From contig OX597820.1 in assembly GCA_951406725.2 (NCBI GenBank), positions 124,806,001-124,870,000 on the forward strand: a stretch of 64,000 nt of DNA, written 5' to 3'. The stretch is from Octopus vulgaris (Eukaryota). The notes below the pieces were generated by a model. The model made no database searches and was not told the origin of the DNA. It was given only the letters and a program-made list of their open reading frames with translations. Made by a program: the position numbers and the translations under genes. Positions within the stretch are counted from its first letter, which is position 1; the number at the start of each line of letters is the position of its first letter. Positions 39,181 through 53,779 of the stretch are shown one piece after another.

Positions 39181-40918
39181 CGAAATTCAAGACAGCTAAT
39201 TTAACTTTTATATTACCCTTTCTTCTGATGGTGATAGAATGCTAAAGCTGGCACATTGCTATGCATCCAGTTCACGTCAGAATTTGTGACTATATTTTTA
39301 AAACAGACATAGATAATCGGAAGAACAAATATAATCTAGTTATGTATAAATATTTATAACCATTTCTGAAATGACAAGAATGTCAAGACTGGAACGTCTG
39401 TATGTATAGTTTGGTTGGATCACAACTGATCTAGGTTTAACCGCGTCAAGTACAGTAACATAAATTTATTATCGTAACATCCATGTGAATAATCGCGTTT
39501 TCCATTCACATGGATGTTATGATGTTGACTTCTAAATGTAAAAGGTACATAAATAATGACGATGTAACTAACACTATACTGAGAGAAACGATATTGAAAT
39601 ATATCAAAATCATGTCCCTAACATATTCAGGCCATGTGTTTTAAGGGTTGCTACAGGCATATTTTTATAGCAACAAACATGAATGCATTGATGTATTAAA
39701 AATCTTAGTTGCAAAATATTGAGTCGAGATATATGAATGTTCCTTTACATGAATAATTACTGTACTACGCTTCAACGAGATATATTGCATTATGAAGAAA
39801 TAGGGAAATCAAAACATGTTTCTATACTTTTTAACTTACAAAGATAAGTTTCTGACAAGAGACTTTCTGCATTCATATATTCTGTGCTGCAAACACGAGG
39901 TGGTTGTGTATGAAAATGTGAAATAATTTTCATATTTTAACATCTGCTAATAAACTGGAAGTAACGAATCTGATTAATTCTTAAAGTCCCTATCATCGCT
40001 TGACAGAATTCTCATATTTCAAGTGGCTGAAGAAAATAATTTTGCTCATTAAGATATAAGTTGAATAATTTACCAAATGTGATGAAGAGATTTCATTCAT
40101 AACGTATTAATTATTTTGTAGCGTGTATCTTAAGAATATATCATTCGATGATATTCATCATTATTTATAGAATATTTCAAAAATTATGATAACACTTTCT
40201 GTATGGCATTCTGTATTTCAATATAGAACAATAAATAGCTATACACATAACTGCACTGGATTTTCACCCAGAAAACATCACACAATATCCTATCTAAGCT
40301 TTCTATTTTGTGCAATATGAAACATCCAATAATTCGTATAGATTTTCTGATCGCATCTTCTCGTTCTCATTACCTCAACACTTAAACGCTTTTGAATGAC
40401 TAGAGCAGTTGCAGATATTCCACACCTAAATCAGAAATATCTGGCTGGCTATATTACCATCTGTTGCATGTGGAATAATTAGATTCGCTACGCAGGATTT
40501 GTTGTAAGAGATTTGATTCATAATGAAGTGTCCGAGCTGTCCGAAAGTCGATATGTATAGATTTCTTACTCATATAATCTGGCTGTCGATTACATTGCAG
40601 CTGAAAGAGCAACGGCAGTAAAATTATATAGCATTGTGATTGCAACGTATTTTCCATCTATTTTCACTGCTTCTGCGCAAGTAATTTTTCTTCTTTAATC
40701 TCATTCGCTTTGAACCTCTTCTGTCAAACTGTCACTTTCTTTCCCTCTACATCTCCACTCACCAATGACTCTTAATTTCTCGCTCTTTTTTTATATAATT
40801 CTATCAATCAGCGAGAGTATTAATCATAGGCTTATAGTTTATATCAAGTGTATAAAATACTTACACATACAAACAAAATGAAATGAAATACCTAAGAAAT
40901 ACACACTACACATTTTAC

Positions 40919-40969
<51 letters not shown>

Positions 40970-41011
40970 TATATATATATGTACATATACATATAAATAT
41001 ATATACACAAG

Positions 41012-41119
<108 letters not shown>

Positions 41120-42424
41120 ATGTATGTATGTACATATATATATATATATATATATATGTACATACATATATACAGAAAGAGAGAGAGAAAGGAGGGGACA
41201 AAAAGAGAGTGAGAGATTTAGAGTGCGTGAGAGAGATCTGTGTACATGCATTATGCGCATTGTGCTTGTCTGTCTGCATATGTATTTGCTGTAATTGTAC
41301 GATGATTGCGAAAAGAAGATTTAGTTAATGAGAGAGTGAAAAAGAATTATTTAGGAGCAAAGAAATTTACTTTTTAAATTCCCTACACACTAAGTCATCG
41401 ATTCAGATACGGAATCACAGAGTAGGACACTTCTAGGAATCTAAAATTATTGAGGTGATCGTAGATCTCCACCCCTTTGGGAGCTCTTTCGACAGTACGT
41501 CTTCCTCTTTTGAATCAACATTAAATAGGCTAGAAATCGAGGAAAATATAGGGGTCGAGCTCAAGTTATTACCTATATTATTTAATCAAAATAAGTAAGA
41601 TAAATCACACTACAGTTGCTACACTCATTATACTGTAATACAGGGGTGGTTCATGCTAATATTAAAGCTACATGTGCTTTCAAGACAGCTGCTGTTATGT
41701 GTTGAAAGGCCTTGGGCAATGAGGTAGCTACATCATACACATTGGCCGGTGGGAGATTTATACTAGAATATACATGATTAAACAAACTTGAAGCATTCAA
41801 TGTGGATGTTAATATCAGGAGAACTCACACGCCATTTCCCGCAACAGTTCCGGAGGCCAAGTAAAAAGGCGAAGCGTTAAGTTTTCCAGGCTTGGGGATT
41901 TTCAAAAAAAGGTTATAAATTTAAAACTTTCTATAAACATAAAAATATATATAATTACGTTGGTTAACAATTACGTATTTAATCTTTGAACATATATCTC
42001 ATGAAATGCATTACAATTGCAATCATCTTGTCTTAAAGTCAGTCATACTTCGAAAGTCTTATCTCGCAGACCATACCGGTTTGAAAAGACTAAAGATGGA
42101 TATAGTAATGATGTAGCTGCCAACAAATGTGACCTCATCGACAGTTCTTCATTGACGTAATTATTCATTTCATTTCTAGTAAGATTATTTTGTTATTGCT
42201 GTTGTATCGGCGCGGCTCTTAGCAACAAGACTTGCCTTCAGATGCATTGAAACACCAAGTATTCCCCCGTTCTTCATCAAGGTTTGCATTGCTCAGGGAA
42301 ATGATAGAAGTTGAAATCCTTATAAAATGCCCAGGCATTGAGTTGAAGTGATTTAAATGCTCATTTTTATGGGATATAGATAAATGGAGAGAGGGATATA
42401 AAAAGAGGAAAGAAGAGATTTATT

Positions 42425-42639
42425 CTTTTTTACTCTAGGCACAAGGCCCGCAATATTGGGGAGGGGGTGCCAGTCGAGTAGATCAACCCCAGTATGCAAC
42501 TGGTACTTAATTTATCGATCCGGAAAGGATAACCGGCAACGATGACCTCGGCGGAATTTGAACTGAGGACGTAAATACAAGCGAAATACCTATAAGCATT
42601 TCGCCCAGCATGCTAATGTGTCTGCCACCTCGCCGCCTT
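42425..42639 (-). mobile_element. SINE (14517-family head and central block, different tail)
   Basis: Reverse complement reads aaggcggcgaggtggcagac...agttcaaattccgccgaggtc...atcgataaattaagtaccagttgcatactgggg. Confidence 0.85.
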
Positions 42640-43524
42640 AAAACAAGAGAGATATTACAAGAGAAAGTATCAGCTAATAGCCTAACAAGCGCCTGGAATT
42701 TCGTGCTTGTAAGTCGCTTTGTGTGAACGAGCATTCTTGATACAGACAAATGATAGGCTACCTTTCTTGTATAGAGTTTGTTCAAGATAGGTGGCCTATC
42801 AAGTCTGAAATAGCTTTTGAAATGAATAATATTCGTTATTCATCATTGGGCAATGAATTTAGAGGGAATATATGAAATTTTCTTCATATATATTCACATT
42901 CCCTATCCCTCTCTTTCTTCCGCTGTTTCTCTGTACATATAATATACGTATGCATACTATGTAAGCACAAATGGACATCATGGAGGAAATGCTAAGATGT
43001 TCATTTGGCAATCACAAAGCCCAAGGTGCGATCTCAATGCATAACCTATTGATGAAACGGCACTTTCTATAGTCTCTTACGAACCGATAGATTTTGAGTA
43101 AAATTGGGTAGAGGTAGAGAAATCTGTTGAAATGATTGCAAATGTTATTCAAATGTACAGCGTTGACACCCAATCTGCCATGCTGATTACCTGAATGCCC
43201 AGATAACCAGTATGGCAAAGTATACATAAATACCAAAAGCATACGTATGTATTTACAATCGTACGCGTTCATCAGACTTAAACACACGCCTATGTTCTGC
43301 TAGAAAGACTTTACTCAAAGGTTCACAAGCAAATGCAAGGTACAGACGCACAAACAAGATTTAGTAACAGCAGAAGCAATATTGGACTTCATGTAATCTT
43401 TGCCTGAACGAGCCGGGTGTCTTTTAGAAGCCCGTGAAATATTAAGTCACACGGAGTCAAATGAAACTGTTTTATATAATAGAATATAACATAATATCGT
43501 ATGTATGTATGTATGTATATATAA

Positions 43525-43870
43525 ATCCTTAAATCCTTAAAAATGTTTTAGCCCGAAGGCCGCGGCCATGCTGGGGCACCACCGCTGAATGAGCTACACT
43601 AGTTTGTGAATCCACCTCTGATACGTGGCACTTGATCAACAAGGGAGTTCGATGCTGCTGCCCGCATCCGTGTCTCCTGTCGTGAGGTAGGTTCATCTGG
43701 GACTCCCAACAAGAAGAGATCCAGTTTAGTTTTAAAGAAACCCACATCCACACCATGTAAGTGTCTCAGGCATTTAGGGATGATGTTAAAGAGCTGTGGT
43801 CCTCTGAAACCCAAGATGTCGCAGTATCTGGACCCGCATCTTGATGGCGATGTTGGAATCCCTGGCACCA
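43525..43870 (-). mobile_element. CR1/L2-group LINE 3' end
   Basis: ORF 43599..43871 RYCDILGFRGPQLFNIIPKCLRHLHGVDVGFFKTKLDLFLLGVPDEP; short-repeat tail (ttaaggat)n. Confidence 0.8.
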
Positions 43871-43945
43871 TATATATATATGCGTGTGTGTGTGTATATG
43901 TGTGTGTTATATATATATATATATATGTGAGTGTGTGTGTGTGTT

Positions 43946-43976
<31 letters not shown>

Positions 43977-44017
43977 ATGTGTTTATATCTATATATATGT
44001 GTGTGTGTGTGTGTGTT

Positions 44018-44101
<84 letters not shown>

Positions 44102-44127
44102 GTATATGTAGATATATGTATATGTAG

Positions 44128-44159
<32 letters not shown>

Positions 44160-44160
44160 T

Positions 44161-44712
44161 ATGAGAATTGAAGCTCCCCAAAGGTCAATCACAAAAAAGA
44201 AAGATGGCATGTCAGACCTTGACTACTGGGGTAGACTAGAGAAGCTGAAATTGTATTCACTCCAACGACGCCGTGAACGCTACATTATCTGTATGATGTG
44301 GAAAATATTCCATCAGCACTGTCCGAATGATGTTGGCATCATCTTCAAAATGCATCCAAGGCTTGGACCACGTGCCATCCGTCCACAACAAAAATCTAAA
44401 TCGCATCACTTAACAACAATACGGCACAACTATTTCACCTCAATTGGACCCGCTCTCTTCAACATTACACCAGGACACGTCAAAAAAGAAACTGACCACA
44501 CAAAATTGAAGAAGTCTTTGGACAAATTCCTTCAAACAGTACCGGATAAACCACCCACACCCGGATATGTCTCCGCAAACAATAACTCTTTGCTCGAATG
44601 GGCCTGGGTTCCCAAATCCTGAACTGAAAGACTTCGCCAGGTGGTGCTATTAAGTTAGACATGGCCTGGGCCAATACGGGCCAAAACCTTTCTAAGTTAT
44701 TCTAAGTTAAGT
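44161..44712 (+). mobile_element. CR1/L2-group LINE 3' end, second family, uninterrupted 153-aa C-terminus
   Basis: IEAPQRSITKK...LDYWGRLEKLKLYSLQRRRERY...GPALFN...KKSLDKFLQTVPDKP; (ttctaagtta)n tail. Confidence 0.85.
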
Positions 44713-44744
44713 TATATGTTTATATGTGTGTGTGTGTGTGTTTG

Positions 44745-44843
<99 letters not shown>

Positions 44844-45313
44844 TTATATATATATATATGTATGTGTGTGTGTTTATATATATATATATATATATATATC
44901 CATACATATATTTATATATATATTTATGTATATATATTTATGTATATACATATATGTATATACATATATGCATATACATATATGTATATATATGTATATG
45001 TATGTATATGTATATATATATGTATATATATACATACATATATATATTTTATACACACACACATATATATATGTATATATATATACACACTCATACACAC
45101 AGAGTGAGAGGCAGATAAAATATGTAAGTTGTTTCTGTCAATTGACGTAGGTATGTATTAGGACAACTCAGTCTGGTTTACCATCAAAACTCTGGTTGTA
45201 ACTGCAACTGAAACTGCGATGGTGTCATTGCCTATCAGAGGCAGCTAGAAGTGGTTTTTCCTTGATCTGGTAGATTTAGATTTTGTATGTATGCATATGC
45301 AAATGTATATACG

Positions 45314-45382
<69 letters not shown>

Positions 45383-46133
45383 TAGAGAGAGAGAGAGAGA
45401 GAGATATGGTTACATATAACGTGTATATATATATATATATATATATACATACACACCAGGGTACATTTATATACATATATATATATATGTGTGTGTGTGT
45501 AAGTATAAATACATAAACATACACACTCACGCACACAAATACTTATGTGTATATAATGCTCGAATTTGTATTTTAGAGCACCTTTGATTTTTAAAGAATA
45601 TATGTTTATATTTCAATTAATCAGTGAATCAGTTCCCTTATGGGACAGTTTTCATCACCTGATGGAAACCATGTCTCGTTACTTATATTCTCTCGTCGAC
45701 GATGTTGAGAATTGTGGGTGAAGTCATGGATAAGGTCGTAAAGTGAGCCGAATAGAATGACAATCATGTTAATTGATTGATTAAACGAGCTAATTATCAA
45801 ACAATCGATTATTTAATTCATATATTGGGTTACTAATTGACCAATTATAATAATATAAGCGAAATAAAACTGATGACACTCCCATAACACATTTGTTTCA
45901 TCACACAATTTCACCTCAATAATCAGGTAAATCGAAGAATCAATAAATATGCATGCGTGCGTGTATGTATACGTGTGCGTAAGTGGAAATAAATTTATAT
46001 GAGTATATATGTGTATGAATACATGCATATATATTTATATATATATAATGTGTGTGTATATATACATGTATATATACATATATACATATAAGTATATATA
46101 TATTGTGTGTATATATATACATGTATACATATA

Positions 46134-46179
<46 letters not shown>

Positions 46180-46222
46180 GAGAGAGTTGGTGTGTGAAAG
46201 CACGTGGTTGGATGTATCAAAA

Positions 46223-46549
46223 GTGAAAAACTAAAGAACGTTTGTGTTATAAGGTTAAAGAATATATTTAAGTCATGTTAGAAAAAAGTTATAAAATATT
46301 GTGTGTAGTAACATAGTTTTGGGAGAAATAACCGGTTATTACCTTCCCTTGCCTGTAACTCTTCACTTCATAGTGAAGGCAAGACACGATGTAGGTAAAG
46401 GAATTTGAGGAATTTGAAAAGAAAATACGAAACCGGTTATTTCTCCAAAGACTATGTTACTATACACAACATTTTATAACATTTTTCTAACTTAATGACT
46501 TAAATATATTATTTAACCTTATAACATGAGCCTTCCGTAGTTTTTTCAC
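46223..46549. mobile_element. Fold-back element with ~115-bp arms (46223-46337 / 46431-46549)
   Basis: Arms are approximate reverse complements; both inner ends stop at the palindrome AACCGGTT; the right arm is preceded by CGA, giving CGAAACCGGTT. Confidence 0.8.
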
Positions 46550-46556
46550 GCTCCTA

Positions 46557-46627
<71 letters not shown>

Positions 46628-46834
46628 GTCAGCTTTGTGCAAAATACAAATAAGTCAGTACTTACGTCTATTTATTCCCCATTTTCTTGTTGTCTTTCCC
46701 TCATTATTAAAAAATTCAATAAACCTAAACATATACCAATGATTTTCCAATTATATAATACGGATTAAACCAGTGTAATAGCTTGGATTATATGTCCCTA
46801 ATGAGGACGTAATTTCTACGAATATATACGTATA

Positions 46835-47250
46835 TAGGCGCAGGAGTGGCTGTGTGGCAAGTAGCTTGTTTACCAACCACATGGTTCTGGGTTCAGTCCC
46901 ACTACGTGGCATCTTGGGCAAGTGTCTTCTGCTATAGCCCCGGGCCGACCAATGCCTTGTGAGTGGATTTGGTAGACAGAAACTGAAAGAAGCCTGTCGT
47001 ATATATGTATATATATATGTATGTGTGTGTGTTTGTGTGTCTGTATTTGTCCCCCTAGCATTGCTTGTCAACCGATGCTGGTGTGTTTATGTCGCCGTCG
47101 CTTAGCGGTTCAGCAAAAGACACTGATAGAATACGTACTGGACTTACAAAGAATAAGTCCCGGAGTCGATTTTCTCGACTAAAGGCGGTGCTCCAGCATG
47201 GCCGCAGTCAAATAACTGAAACAAGTAAAAGAGTAAAGAGTAAAGAGTAA

Positions 47251-47252
<2 letters not shown>
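46835..47252 (+). mobile_element. tRNA-derived CORE-like SINE, full length
   Basis: A-box-like TGGCTGTGTGG, B-box-like GGTTCAGTCCC, cttgggcaagt block, internal microsatellite, (AAGAGTA)n tail; at least five other copies in the window. Confidence 0.92.
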
Positions 47253-47302
<50 letters not shown>

Positions 47303-47615
47303 GCTTATAGACACACAAATATATATTAATGCATTCATTTATGGAATATTTGTAACACCTTTAATATTTGAATATTTGAGTGGAAGTGTGATATTTTATG
47401 GGATATTTTATTCCGAATGCGATTTTATTATTCTAAAATCCAACAAATAGAAAGTAGACAGTTTCTTTTTAACTCTATTGTTATTTTATACATATATATA
47501 TATATATATATATATGCAGTTCTGTCTCGTCATTACTCTTCCTTCAGCAATTCATATTTTGCGTTCGCTTAATGATCTGCATCACAAATAGTAACAAACC
47601 AATTAAACCGGTGGC

Positions 47616-47647
<32 letters not shown>

Positions 47648-49896
47648 ATATCAGTCTTATAAGTTCAGTTTCACGAAGATCAAAAAGAATCGTGGCAGGT
47701 CTTGAATCACATTGATATTGATTGCATTTGCGTAGCTACAATTTAAAATTGGGTTGTAAAATATGCGATCGACTCCATGGACATTACGAACTACAAAAGG
47801 AAAAAGGAGGGAGAAGCCTATCTCATTTGTACTTAGATAGACCAGCGAAGAATTCTTCTCACTCTGACAATTATAAAGGGACGTATCGGATTAAACCATC
47901 CTAGATAAACATAATATGAACGCAATGGGGTCATAATCATGTCTAAAATATCGTTATTTCTATATCTCCTAGTTCCGCGCTCCTTTGCCATCAGCCAAAA
48001 AGGACAAGTGACCTAGTAGAAATACCCAGGCAAATGACCGTCAGCGGACACCTTTAGGAAGGACAGAAAGAACAATGTTATCTCAGATATATTATTTGTG
48101 ACAGAATCTTTTATCTTTCACCTTGTATTTGCTTCATTCTTTAACGCTAAGCCATGCTGGAGTGCAATCTCGGAAAACTTTAGTCAAAAGAATCCGTTCC
48201 AGCCCTTAGTTTTATTATTTTTAGACAGGTACTCATTCTATCAGATTCCTTCGCTAAATCTCAAGGTTATAGGAAACGTAAACACACCGGCATCGGTTGT
48301 GAAGGGGGACAAAAACAAACTCAAAAGACAGTGTATTCAGGATTCAATTCGTTAGGAGCATATGTCTTTAAAAATGACGAGTAGAATTATCATCGATTTC
48401 CTGTAGTAATTTCTGAATGCTTAAATTCAATTCTTCCATGCGTGACCAGGGGAGGAACTCATGATATCTCCTTTTACTAATTTCTGCAATAGCATTGTTA
48501 CATTCTCTGGTTATAGACGACATTTTCCAGAGCATGCAGAGGGACTAGTCTAAATCGGACTGTAATTGCCTTACTCAATCAGTGCTCCAGAAAATGAAGA
48601 ATTTATATTGACATACTAGATTCTATGGGTCATTGTTGTTTTCCCATCTCTTGTTTAGCTATAAGAATGCGGTATGATTTATCATTACTGTATCGTAATC
48701 CATTTGAAAGAAAAGGCATAAGATTGCAATGCTTCAATTTATTTTGTCACAGAATATGATAAGCCTTCCTACAGAATCAACTTCAAGTTAATACCCCAAA
48801 GAATCATGAGCGAGTAAGCCAACTGAACTTACCATCAGCAGCTTCTCCCTAGTGAAACAAAGTGATACACCTACATTAAAACAGCAACGCCCTTGAGCTT
48901 CAAAAGAGGAGCAATGCTTTATGAGAGCATTTTTGTCAAGCGAGATGGAACATGGATACAATAATACATGATAATCGAAATAATGAACTCTTAAAACGGA
49001 TATTTCAGAACAAATAGCACAAAACTGCTCAAGTGTTACATACAGAAGTGAATTTAAATTTAGAGGATATGCTACTGGATATTTATGGTACCAGCCAGAA
49101 TGTGAACATGAGTAAGTACCTCACAAAATCTATTCTGTGAAGTACTTAAATCTATCAACATATTTTGTTGTTAGTTTTCTTTATGTTGTCATTCAATATA
49201 GATGAATGTGCACTGGTGATACTTTAAGATTATCCCTAAATTTAAGATTTTGCCCATCTCCCTCTTTTACAACACATTGCGTATACCTCCAGAACATTTT
49301 AGAACAAATAATCTGCTACAGGTCTTGTTAATGCTGATCCTGTAGTGAATTTTAGTTTCAACATATAATCTCTATGGTCTTATTTGCTACTTAGAATCAA
49401 TTGTAATCAGTACAGTTATAAGAATACATCAATATAATTCCTTGAGATCAGTTTCAATGTTAGGTTTGATGTTCCATGCATACACTAAGGGAAATTAAAT
49501 GATGATACTTTGTATAATATTGGATTTAGCCAGCAAATTTTTCCTCAATTGAGTAGATTTCAATAATTTGAATATACGACAGCAAATCTTGCAATCATAA
49601 AAGAAATTCTAAACACCAGACTGAGAATATCTTGCTAGTGCCAAAAAGCAGATTTTTCCATAAAAATGTCCCATTATATCCTTTCTTCATTATAAGAATC
49701 ACAATATCTGACAATATATTATCAAAGAAATGTGAAGAGTAAATGAATCAATGTTAAGAAGGAAGTTTGTCCTCTGGAGCTGCATTGATGTTTAGAGCTT
49801 ATTTATGAATACAAATTTAGTAAATAGTCTTGGTTGTCGTTCGAATTGCGATTTAACACCAGCATACCTATACACACACATATGTATTTATACAAG

Positions 49897-50562
49897 TATT
49901 GGGTCACCCCATAAATAATGCGGTTTTTATACTTCTTTTATTTTTCGAAATCAAGATAAACAAAGTATTTTTTATTCTAAAATATACTTTCCATCATTTT
50001 CTACAATGCTCCTCCATCTATCTGAGAGACTTTCAAGGCCCCTCTTCTAGAATTCACTTGTCTGTGACGAACATTACTGTTCTGAACTCGATTAATGGGT
50101 GAATGACCAAATCCAAGCTTCTCAGCTTGTTCTTCAATGGTGACGATGGGATTTGGCTCAACCAGGGTTTCTAGGACATCCTCATCGATCTCTACAGATC
50201 TTCCAGGACGAAGATCGTCTTCTAGACTGCATTCTCCGATTAGTAATTTCTGGAACTACCATTAACGCTGGCTTACACTTATTGTCCGTTCTCCATATAC
50301 TGCAGTAATGTTCCTCGCACTGAACTCATAAAGCAAAATCTACTAAATATGCTCTTTTGTCACTTCCATTATAGCTTTGAAAAAATGAATATTATAAATA
50401 TTAAAATAGAACTGCACTCTTAAAATTTGCACTAAGAATACGTTCAAGGTAAAATTACTACCTGCTTTTATACAAGTTGTTGCAGGTGGTTTATCTCGTT
50501 TCAGGCTTTTAGTTCATGCAACTGAAAACAAAAACGCATTATTGATGGGATGTCTCATTATA
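49897..50562 (-). mobile_element. Internally deleted mariner element with both TIRs
   Basis: TIRs tattgggtcaccccataaataatgcggtttt / aaaacgcattattgatgggatgtctcattata; minus strand MEVTKEHI..ILLYEF...AVYGERTISVSQ...SLEDDLRPGRSVEIDEDVLETLVEPNPIVTIEE. Confidence 0.85.
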
Positions 50563-53227
50563 TATGTACTTTTATATGAGTGTTGCATGCAGGTGAGTGT
50601 GTGAGTGTGTTGTGTGTTCATACATACATGGTTGTGTGTGTGTGTACGTGTGCGTGTATGCGTGTGAGTAAGCGTGTGAGCAAGCATGAGCGTTTCGGTG
50701 TTTACGTGCGTGAATTTCCGTATAGAGTTTTAGACAATACTTAGTTGCCGAAGAAATCGAATCACGTGACTGAAATGCATTCGGATAATTCTTATTGCTG
50801 ACTCATGATAGAAATGCAGTTGTTTTCATAAGGACGGTGTTGGTCAACATCTATAACATACATTTATTCAGTGATTGTGTTTTACAAATCAGTGGCGAGT
50901 TGTTGCTGTGCAGTTGCTTTATGCATGTGAGTTTGCATGTGGACATTTATTTGTATTGGCGTATTCAGGATTAGAGTACGATCGTATATGAATCTCAGTG
51001 TTTATGCGTATGGATATATATCTTATATGAATATATATGACCGCCCCCTCAGTTTTTGAGAGCAAATGGATTAACCTGATTCCAGAATAATATAATTTCA
51101 GAGAAAACAGAATTCAAATGGAATGATTTTTTGGGGTGGAGCGATTTGTGGCGGAAACGATAAAAAAGAGTAAAATAAAATGATTCCACTCATGTCGTAC
51201 TGAATTTTTTTTTTTTTTTTTTGTATTTCAAACTCAATTAAATCCATTTTTCTGAATTTGAAATACAATTTAGATATGTATTTTTTTTTACAAAAATTTC
51301 ATCATACATCATTCCTTACCGTAAACAACTTAAGCGATCATTTTTAAAAGAATAAATGAATAAATAAGTAAAATAAATAATAATGAATACTCAAAGTAAA
51401 ATAAATTGAAAAATGTTAATTACAGGTGGTTGTGTTTGTTGTAGCAGACATTAACTGCATGTACTTTTCTCTGGTTCATGGAACTGAAAATATTAGGCTG
51501 TCGAAATCTTTCTATAATTATATATATTTCCGCTGCATTGACTGTGTATAAAATTGTTCGTTTATATCTCACATCAAAAGATGTAGCTTCATTAAAACTA
51601 CATCCTGGTAGAATAATTTCAAATACAAAAAAATGTAAAGATGCTAATCACGTTTGATAGAACACCATATATTTTAAATTATAATTCTATTTAATTCTTT
51701 ATTTCGCATTTAAGTAGCTATTTTACCTTGTACCAGCAATGGTCGGAGAGATATACGTTCTAAGGATTTCGAGAAGTTAAAACTTGCATTTGCTTTTGTC
51801 AGACAAGCAGTGTGTATGTGGATTCTTTATACGGGGATTCATTCATTGTTGTTTAAAGATGCACGCCTTATTGAGAGAACAGAGTTTTGACATCTTTCAG
51901 GCGGAGGGTTGTTCCTCTTCATGTTTTGTGTTAGCCCAAAGAAGAGTAAGGGCTTCAAGCATTCAAGCAACAACAAAAGTACTTTGAGAAATACGAATTC
52001 ATGTGCAACGCTCACTAGAATCGATCCTAAGAGTTTTTGCAGTCGAAATATTTTTGCATAAAAGTGAGGCGCCACGAAATTATAATGTTAACGTTAATAT
52101 CGCCGAGAGGAAGGATGCCTAAATACATTTACTCTTTGATGTATCATGTTTGCTTACCCTCAGTAAATGTTGGTATTCCAAATTGTATCTTATATACCGG
52201 TGGCAGAGTGTGTATGACTTTAGCATCTTAAAGAAAACTGAATAAATTCCTGTATAAAGAATCCTATACACATACAACAACTACTCGTTTATCACCACCT
52301 TTAATTTCTTATTGAACGCAAGAATATATACTCGTAACTATTTATTTTTGACATTTCCTCTTTCGTAAAGCTTACAGTTTCCGTTGAGGCCATAAACCAT
52401 CGAAGAATTAGAAGAATCGTTAAACTTAAACGAATAACCTACGCGATAAAAAATACAAGTATGTATACATGAGGGGTTTGTACGTGTATGTATAAATCGA
52501 TATAAGTGTATACATACATACATATACAGAGAAAGAGAGAGAGAGATGGAAAAAGAGTGAAAGACAGAGAGAGGGGGAGCCGGACAGACAAACAGATAGT
52601 AGCTGATATTTGGTGATTGCTGTTATACTTCGCAATAAAATAAAAGAAGCTCAGCCCCAAAAATATAAATATATCATAATAAATTCAGTAAACAATAGTA
52701 GAATCGTTAGCGAAACTTTTTAATATTTCCAGAAGTATTAAGTCTAACTAAGCTTGAGACAGCTAACGCTGTAGATTTTCTTCTCTAGTCACAGAACATG
52801 CACTGCTATATAAACACATTTTATATTACAGTTAAAAAAAAATTACTACCTTACTTGACAGTAAAATCGAATGTTTCCACATAGAAGATTTATAAAAAGT
52901 AAATAATAGGTTTTTTATAGTTAGCGGCGCCGAGTAATAAAGATTAATGACAAACAATGCACACTTATTCTAAGAAATGTTATTGTAAACGAGGTTGTAA
53001 TTTTCCCATTTCTCAGACTGTCCTCGCCAAAGTCCAATTATAGTAACGGATGATCTGTCTGTTTGTCACTCCTAGCTTGTCTGATTGTGTCTTTATCTTC
53101 CTGCATATCTCTTTGTCTGTCCTTTAGTATCTTTAACACTGTCTCTCTGTCTCTTCTGTACCACTCTGCACACATACACATACACCCACACTTATATACA
53201 TACATAAATGCATGCATGCATACATAC

Positions 53228-53325
<98 letters not shown>

Positions 53326-53330
53326 ATCTA

Positions 53331-53371
<41 letters not shown>

Positions 53372-53409
53372 GTTTGTTTCTTTCAATCATTTGAAAGAAT
53401 TTGAAGAAT

Positions 53410-53700
53410 TCTAAACGAACGAACCGATCCCATTACTTATTTTGAAGCCTGCTAGTACGCGTTCAATCCCTCATCTATGGACCAACTGCTAAGTTAAGGG
53501 GACACGAGGACATGCACATCATCACTAGTTGTCAAGCAGTAGTGGGGAACATACACATATGCACACACATAAAACACTACACACACAGACACACACAAGC
53601 ACACAGAGTACACATAAAAACAACTGGCTTCTTTCAGTTACCGTCTACCTAATTCACTCACAAATCTTTGATCGGCACGAAGCGCTGCAGAAGACTTCTA
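53410..53700 (-). mobile_element. Degenerate CORE-like SINE
   Basis: ctgctaagttaaggggacac and ggcttctttcagttaccgtctacctaattcactcacaa blocks. Confidence 0.65.
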
Positions 53701-53779
53701 ATTACAAAGCCACGACTGTGCCTATTTCTATGTGTGTGTGTGCTTGTGTGTATGTTTGTGTGTATATGTTAATCTTGGC

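Noticed and set aside
42050-43430. Possible CRE-type RLE (42050-42350) and Helitron helicase (42970-43430) remnants
   Set aside because: Only vague motif resemblance with many stops and frameshifts; needs a profile search
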